The notes beneath the pieces are model-generated. The model saw only the letters and a program-made list of their open reading frames with translations, ran no database searches and had not been told where the DNA came from. A stretch of 32,000 nt of DNA, taken from sequence record PQ621116.1; one strand, given 5' to 3'. Made by a program: the position numbers and the translations under genes. Positions 27,686 to 32,000 of this stretch are shown piece by piece; the first letter of the stretch is position 1; each line of letters opens with the position of its first letter. Origin of the DNA: Pseudomonas phage PSASB_03.

Positions 27686-28605
27686 TAAAACAACTCCATC
27701 TGCTCGTTCTGGAAGGTGCCGGGCATGGTGTTGAGCAGATTCTCGTTGATGTAGGTGAAGGCCCAGCAGTTGTAGGTCCACCTGCTGACGTACTCCACCT
27801 GGAGCCGCTCAATATCAAACCCCTGCTCCGTGATTCGTTTGACCAGCCCCTCCCGCTGGAGGTCTGGGATCGTATTCAGGTGCCGGTTGTGCTGCTTGGC
27901 CGACGGGCTGTTCGGGGACACCGGCATGGCCCCCAAACCTGGAACCAGTATATTCCCGTTCGCCGCGATCTGCACCCACGAAGAGGAGTCAACGGAGAAC
28001 CAAGGATACCGCTCCATGAGTGCCTGCGTCGTGAGGCCGAAGCCGTGGACCTTGAGTCTGGGGCGCCCGGACCCATCGGTCAGGTACTTGTCCCAGATGC
28101 GGTCCAGCCAATGGAACAGCTGCGGGGTGGAGATGGGCACCATACCACCCAGCGTGATGTAGTCGTAGTTCTCGATATACCACTCCAGGTACCGCTCATC
28201 CTCCCCGTAGTGGAAGCAGGGGAGGGGACGAACCCCCATCTGCTCCATGGCCATCTGATTCTGCCAGGTCTTGAGGGGGTCGCCGATACCGTCGAGGACC
28301 GAGGCGCACAGCGCCCCGTCCACGTTCTCGATGATGTCCAGGTTGCGCTTGATGTAATCGCAGTACCCGCGGATATCCACCTCGACGCCCTTGGTGAAGG
28401 CCGAGAATGCCCCGGAGTCCAGAAACACCTTGACCCCATCGGCCCGGATCTTGTCGACGTAGGCCTGCTTGTGGATATAGTGGTAGGACTCCAGGTAGTA
28501 CCGGACTCCATCCCGGGCGGCCTTCTCACGCTCCGTCAAACGGGCGTAGAGCTGGCTCTCCTTGTGGAAGTTCGAGGTGTAGATACCCGCGAGATACAGC
28601 TTCAT
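27685..28605 (-). CDS. dpdA: DpdA-like DNA 7-deazaguanine transglycosylase (TGT superfamily)
   Basis: TGT-like VFLDSGAFSAF (DSGxF), YITLGGMVP, HGFGLTTQALMERYPWFSVDSSSW; embedded in que operon; TAATG junctions on both sides. Confidence 0.8.
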   Translation of the reverse strand: MKLYLAGIYTSNFHKESQLYARLTEREKAARDGVRYYLESYHYIHKQAYVDKIRADGVKVFLDSGAFSAFTKGVEVDIRGYCDYIKRNLDIIENVDGALCASVLDGIGDPLKTWQNQMAMEQMGVRPLPCFHYGEDERYLEWYIENYDYITLGGMVPISTPQLFHWLDRIWDKYLTDGSGRPRLKVHGFGLTTQALMERYPWFSVDSSSWVQIAANGNILVPGLGAMPVSPNSPSAKQHNRHLNTIPDLQREGLVKRITEQGFDIERLQVEYVSRWTYNCWAFTYINENLLNTMPGTFQNEQMELF

Positions 28606-29498
28606 TACTTGGCCAGCTCCATGAACTCGGCGCGGGCCTCCGGCTTGTCCTTCAGGACGCCGCGGAGCGCGCTGGTGATGGTGTGATGCCCCTGCTGGCA
28701 GATGCCGCGGGATTCCATGCACAGGTGGCGGGCGCGGACAATCACCCCGACCCCCTTCGGCTGCAGGTGCTCCTCCAGCGCGTCGGCGATCTGGTTGGTG
28801 AGCCGCTCCTGGACCTGGAGCCGACGGGCGAACATGTCCGCCAAGCGGGAGAGCTTGGACAGCCCGACGATCTTACCGTTCGGGATGTAGGCGATGGTCA
28901 CCGTCCCGAAGATGTCTGCCAGGTGGTGCTCACACTTGGAGTAGATGGGGATGTCCTTGACGATCACCATCTCGTCGCACTTCTCGGCCCCGTCCTCGAA
29001 CACCTTGAGGATGTCCGCGGCGTTCTTACCGTACCCGCTGCACCAGTGGCCCCATGCTTTGGCCACACGGCGAGGGGTCTCCAGCAGGCCGCCGCGCTCC
29101 GGGTCTTCGCCGACGAACTGAAGCAGGCGCTTGATGTTGTCCTCGATACCGCCCTCGGCGGTCTCCTCCCACGGGAAGACCACCCAGCGGTCGCTGAACT
29201 CCGAACCTTCCCGGGTCTTGTCGATCAGGGAGAAGAACGGCTTGCCCGGATACTCGTCACACCAGCGCTGCATGGTGTCCCCGGAATCGATGATGTCATC
29301 GATGAACAGGTCGGCTTCCGCGGGGTCGTCCACCAGCTGCAGGTTGCCGTGGTGGGCGATCACTGCAAGGGCCGCCGGAACCCCGCCGCGGGGGATGGCG
29401 TAGGCCTTGGTGGCCTCCGGCAGCAGGGAGGCGATACTGTTGGAGGTGGCGAGGGCCAGGAGGGAGACCATCTTGTTGGTCAGGATGTGCTTCGACAT
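28605..29498 (-). CDS. folE: Phosphoribosyltransferase domain fused to GTP cyclohydrolase I
   Basis: N-terminal PRPP-loop ADLFIDDIIDSGDT; C-terminal CEHHLADIFGTVTIAYIPNGKIVGLSKLSRLADMFARRLQVQERLT and RHLCMESRGICQQGHHTITSALRG. Track start 29513. Confidence 0.9.
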   Translation of the reverse strand: MSKHILTNKMVSLLALATSNSIASLLPEATKAYAIPRGGVPAALAVIAHHGNLQLVDDPAEADLFIDDIIDSGDTMQRWCDEYPGKPFFSLIDKTREGSEFSDRWVVFPWEETAEGGIEDNIKRLLQFVGEDPERGGLLETPRRVAKAWGHWCSGYGKNAADILKVFEDGAEKCDEMVIVKDIPIYSKCEHHLADIFGTVTIAYIPNGKIVGLSKLSRLADMFARRLQVQERLTNQIADALEEHLQPKGVGVIVRARHLCMESRGICQQGHHTITSALRGVLKDKPEARAEFMELAK

Positions 29499-29502
29499 GC
29501 GT

Positions 29503-29931
29503 TCAGGCTCCATAAGATGCGAAGCACTTCATGGTCTCCTCGACCATGACTTCGCTGAGTTTGATTCCGGTGCCGGCCAGCTGGGCCGGACCGACGACTT
29601 CCACGAGGTGCTGAGCGATGTTCTCAGCCGTCGGGTTGAACGGGACGACCACAACGGTCGGGTCCAGCTCCAGGAGGTAGGACTTCATCGGGTCTTCTTC
29701 CCAGATGAGGAAGTGGTGATCCCAGTGCTCCTCGATCCACATGCAGAGCTTGGCCTTGACCTGGCTGAAGTCAATGACCCGGCCGACCCCGTCCAGCGCC
29801 CCGTCCTCGGCGACGCAGGTGAAGTGGACGCGGTAGTTGTGGCCATGCAGGTGGCGGCACTTGCCCTCGTGTCCGTGGACGCGGTGCCCGCAGGAGATGT
29901 CATGGTAACGGTGAACCTTGTAGCCTGCCAT
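29503..29931 (-). CDS. queD: 6-carboxytetrahydropterin synthase-like
   Basis: Catalytic/zinc motifs KCRHLHGHNY, DHHFLIW, VMVEETMKCFASY. Confidence 0.9.
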   Translation of the reverse strand: MAGYKVHRYHDISCGHRVHGHEGKCRHLHGHNYRVHFTCVAEDGALDGVGRVIDFSQVKAKLCMWIEEHWDHHFLIWEEDPMKSYLLELDPTVVVVPFNPTAENIAQHLVEVVGPAQLAGTGIKLSEVMVEETMKCFASYGA

Positions 29932-29933
29932 GA

Positions 29934-30785
29934 TTATACCTCCAGCCAGTTATCGAGGGCCAGCAGCTCGAGATACTTCTCGACCACCTCCGGCGCATAG
30001 TTCGGGGAGTCCGGCAGGTCCATGAGGCCCTCGGTGAAGGCACGCAGCACCAGCGGGTCCGGCACATTGGCCTCTTCGAAGCCCTTGGCCCGGAGCAGGG
30101 TGGCGTGGTCGTGGCCCACGGGCGGGTAAGCCCCGTCGTAGCTGGTGTGGGTCCAGGCCAGCGCAGCGTAGCAACCCGGCAGGGTCAGGGCCAGCTCCAC
30201 GGTGGCCTTCTTGGTCAGGCGCATCAGCGGGGTCAGGATGGCCAGCGAGGCAGGGGCGCCGTCTTCACCGGTAAAGGTCCCGAGGTTGCAGGCATGGGCC
30301 AGCGCGTGGATGAAGGCCGATCGGCAATCCGGGTAGCCGCCGTAGTCTTCCTCGCAGACCCCGGTCACCAGCGCCTCGGCGTTGTGGATGTAGGCCCGGT
30401 TCGCCGCGATGGTCAGGAACATCTGGTTGCGCATCGGGACGAAGGTCTTCTCGAGCCCGCCCGGCAGCGACTGGTGGTCAGCGTATTGCTCCAGCGCATT
30501 GTCCGAGACCAGCGGGGAGGTCCCCTTGAGTACCGGCCCCATCGTGATGATCTCGTGGGACAGGACGCCGGCCAGCTTGGCTACCTTGGCTGCGGCCTCG
30601 ATCTCGCGCGCGTGGCGCTGGTTGTAGTCAAAGGTCACCGCATGCACTTCGAAGCCCAAGTCGCGAGCCCAGAAGAGGCAAGTGGTCGAATCCTGGCCGC
30701 CGGACAGGACAACGATGGCGACAGGCACTTCGGAACGGGTGCGCTTGCGCTCCCCTTCGAACAGTTCCAACTGTTGCTCACTCAT
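29934..30785 (-). CDS. queC: 7-cyano-7-deazaguanine synthase-like, atypical zinc site
   Basis: PP-loop VLSGGQDSTTCLFWA, FVPMRNQMFLTIAANRA, GVCEEDYGGYPDCR; C-terminal SYDGAYPPVGHDHATLLRAKGF lacks usual cysteines. Confidence 0.9.
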   Translation of the reverse strand: MSEQQLELFEGERKRTRSEVPVAIVVLSGGQDSTTCLFWARDLGFEVHAVTFDYNQRHAREIEAAAKVAKLAGVLSHEIITMGPVLKGTSPLVSDNALEQYADHQSLPGGLEKTFVPMRNQMFLTIAANRAYIHNAEALVTGVCEEDYGGYPDCRSAFIHALAHACNLGTFTGEDGAPASLAILTPLMRLTKKATVELALTLPGCYAALAWTHTSYDGAYPPVGHDHATLLRAKGFEEANVPDPLVLRAFTEGLMDLPDSPNYAPEVVEKYLELLALDNWLEV

Positions 30786-30792
30786 GATGATT

Positions 30793-31494
30793 TTACTCCA
30801 GGTTGATGATTTTGTGCGTTTGCAGGCACAGGGTATAACCGAACTTCAAGCAGCTGCGGATGGCAGCGTCCAGATGGCGGTTATTCTCGATCGGGTTGTT
30901 CACGTCGATGGGCTGCACGTAAACGGTCCCTTTGAACCCGACGGGGGGTCTGGCCACACGTGGGGCCGCTGGGTGCGCCAGCGCCTTGAGGGGCAGGCCG
31001 TCTTCGGGGTCAATGCTCTTGGCGTGGAGCACATACTTCAGCGCCGTGATATGGGGAGCCAGCTCGGCGTTGATCTTGCCGGCCTTCGGGCTGCAGACGA
31101 CCGTGATCTGGTCGTAGGGGAGGTCCGGGACGAACAAGGTCCCGTTGGTCTCGATCTGGACCCGGTAGCCGTGCTCCAGCAGCAGCCGGACGGCCGGGGC
31201 GATGTTCTGGCGCATGGGCTCACCACCGCTGAACACCACCAGCTTGGATGGGCTGGACATCTCCCTGACGGCGTCCAGGATGAAGTGCGGCATAACCTGC
31301 GAGCGGTTGCTGGTGTAATCCGTATCGCACATCGGGCACTGCAGGTTGCAGCCGAACAGCCGGACGAAGACGGCGGGGACCCCGGCGAACGGGCCTTCGC
31401 CCTGAATCGTCGAGAACATGTGGTGGAGGTCCAGGAGCCCGCGCTCATGCAGATTCTGCTTGGCTATGGGCTGCTGGTTCAGCGGTTGGTTCAT
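30793..31494 (-). CDS. queE: 7-carboxy-7-deazaguanine synthase-like radical SAM protein
   Basis: CNLQCPMC (CxxxCxxC), FSTIQGEGPFAGVPAVFVRLFGC, FSGGEPM. Confidence 0.92.
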   Translation of the reverse strand: MNQPLNQQPIAKQNLHERGLLDLHHMFSTIQGEGPFAGVPAVFVRLFGCNLQCPMCDTDYTSNRSQVMPHFILDAVREMSSPSKLVVFSGGEPMRQNIAPAVRLLLEHGYRVQIETNGTLFVPDLPYDQITVVCSPKAGKINAELAPHITALKYVLHAKSIDPEDGLPLKALAHPAAPRVARPPVGFKGTVYVQPIDVNNPIENNRHLDAAIRSCLKFGYTLCLQTHKIINLE

Positions 31495-31522
31495 GTGTGT
31501 ACTCCTCGTGGTTGGTCATCCC

Positions 31523-31551
31523 ATTATAGGCCCGAATAGGCGTGTACACAA
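31523..31551 (-). promoter_or_regulatory. sigma70-like promoter TTGTGT-17 bp-TATAAT driving the que operon
   Basis: -35 complement at 31546-31551, -10 complement at 31523-31528; 29 bp upstream of queE ATG. Confidence 0.65.
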
Positions 31552-31567
31552 CGGGATTTTAGAGCAA

Positions 31568-31597
31568 AAGAAAGGGCAGGATGAACCTGCCCTTCTT
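31568..31597 (-). terminator. rho-independent terminator, possibly bidirectional
   Basis: AAAGAAAGGGCAGG-ATGAA-CCTGCCCTTCTTT; minus-strand transcript ends in TTTCTTTTGCT. Confidence 0.75.
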
Positions 31598-31613
31598 TAC
31601 CAACCAGCCGAGG

Positions 31614-31931
31614 TTACTCGGCGTCGGCTTCGGTGCTCACGTCGGAGCCTTCGGCCTCGCCGGCTTCCGCCGGGGTCTCGGCCTTCGGCTCGGCGCCGAG
31701 GCCGTGGTACTTGCGCCAGCGGCCGTACTGGGTCGCAGCGGTGGCGGCGTTGATGTCCTCGGCCATGGCGGCCTCGAGGACCTTCTTGCGGGCGACCGGA
31801 GCGCCTTCCTGTGCCGACAGGCTGTCCGCGATCTCCCAGATGCGGCCGGTCTTGGTGCCCGCCTTCGGACGGGTGACGCCGTTCTGGGTATCCTTGGTGG
31901 CCGCAGCGGCCGGGGTCTGGTTCTCGCTCAT
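31614..31931 (-). CDS. small hypothetical protein with compact central domain and low-complexity acidic ends
   Basis: MSENQTPAAAATKDTQ...GRIWEIADSLSAQEGAPVARKKVLEAAMAEDINAATAATQYGRWRKYHGL...; track start 32000. Confidence 0.6.
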   Translation of the reverse strand: MSENQTPAAAATKDTQNGVTRPKAGTKTGRIWEIADSLSAQEGAPVARKKVLEAAMAEDINAATAATQYGRWRKYHGLGAEPKAETPAEAGEAEGSDVSTEADAE

Positions 31932-32000
31932 TGCTTTTCTCCTGGATGAGAGGGTGGGCTGTGCCCGGTTAAGGGGCCGTTGCGACGTGCACCAGCCCAT

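Noticed and set aside
29933-29938. Minus-strand TATAAT immediately before queD ATG
   Set aside because: Transcription would start inside the ORF; more likely chance A/T between SD (GGAGG) and start codon.
1-32000. CRISPR arrays, tRNA genes, transposons, integrase or anti-defence islands
   Set aside because: No regularly spaced palindromic repeats, tRNA cloverleaf signals, transposase or integrase motifs were recognised by eye; a tRNAscan/Infernal run would be needed to be certain.

Overview
The window is a section of a tailed, siphovirus-like dsDNA phage genome or prophage with high GC content. The plus strand, about 44-24385, carries a small early-type cassette (PD-(D/E)XK nuclease-like and sulfotransferase-like genes). 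It is followed by a lysis cassette (M15 endolysin, holin, Rz/Rz1 spanins) and a canonical packaging/head/tail module. That module runs TerS, TerL, DUF4055-type portal, MuF-like, scaffold, major capsid, neck genes, major tail, frameshifted tail chaperone, tape measure and tail tip. The minus strand, about 24414-31931, carries a tightly overlapping operon in transcription order queE, queC, queD, PRTase-folE, dpdA-like, sliding-clamp-like and family A DNA polymerase. This gene set points to 7-deazaguanine modification of phage DNA, probably at the preQ0 level because no amidotransferase or QueF-like gene is visible. The overall arrangement resembles known 7-deazaguanine-modifying siphophages (Queuovirinae-like), so the system class is not new. 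The most interesting specifics are: (1) a QueC whose C-terminal zinc cysteines all appear replaced; (2) a phosphoribosyltransferase domain fused to FolE; (3) an unlisted -1 frameshift extension of the tail chaperone at T TTT TTC; (4) sigma70-like promoters inside genes just upstream of the major capsid and major tail genes; (5) a sulfotransferase-like gene; (6) an exact 186-nt-period repeat in the tape measure gene; (7) two possibly paralogous tail proteins. No database search was run, so all homology calls come from recognised motifs and gene order.
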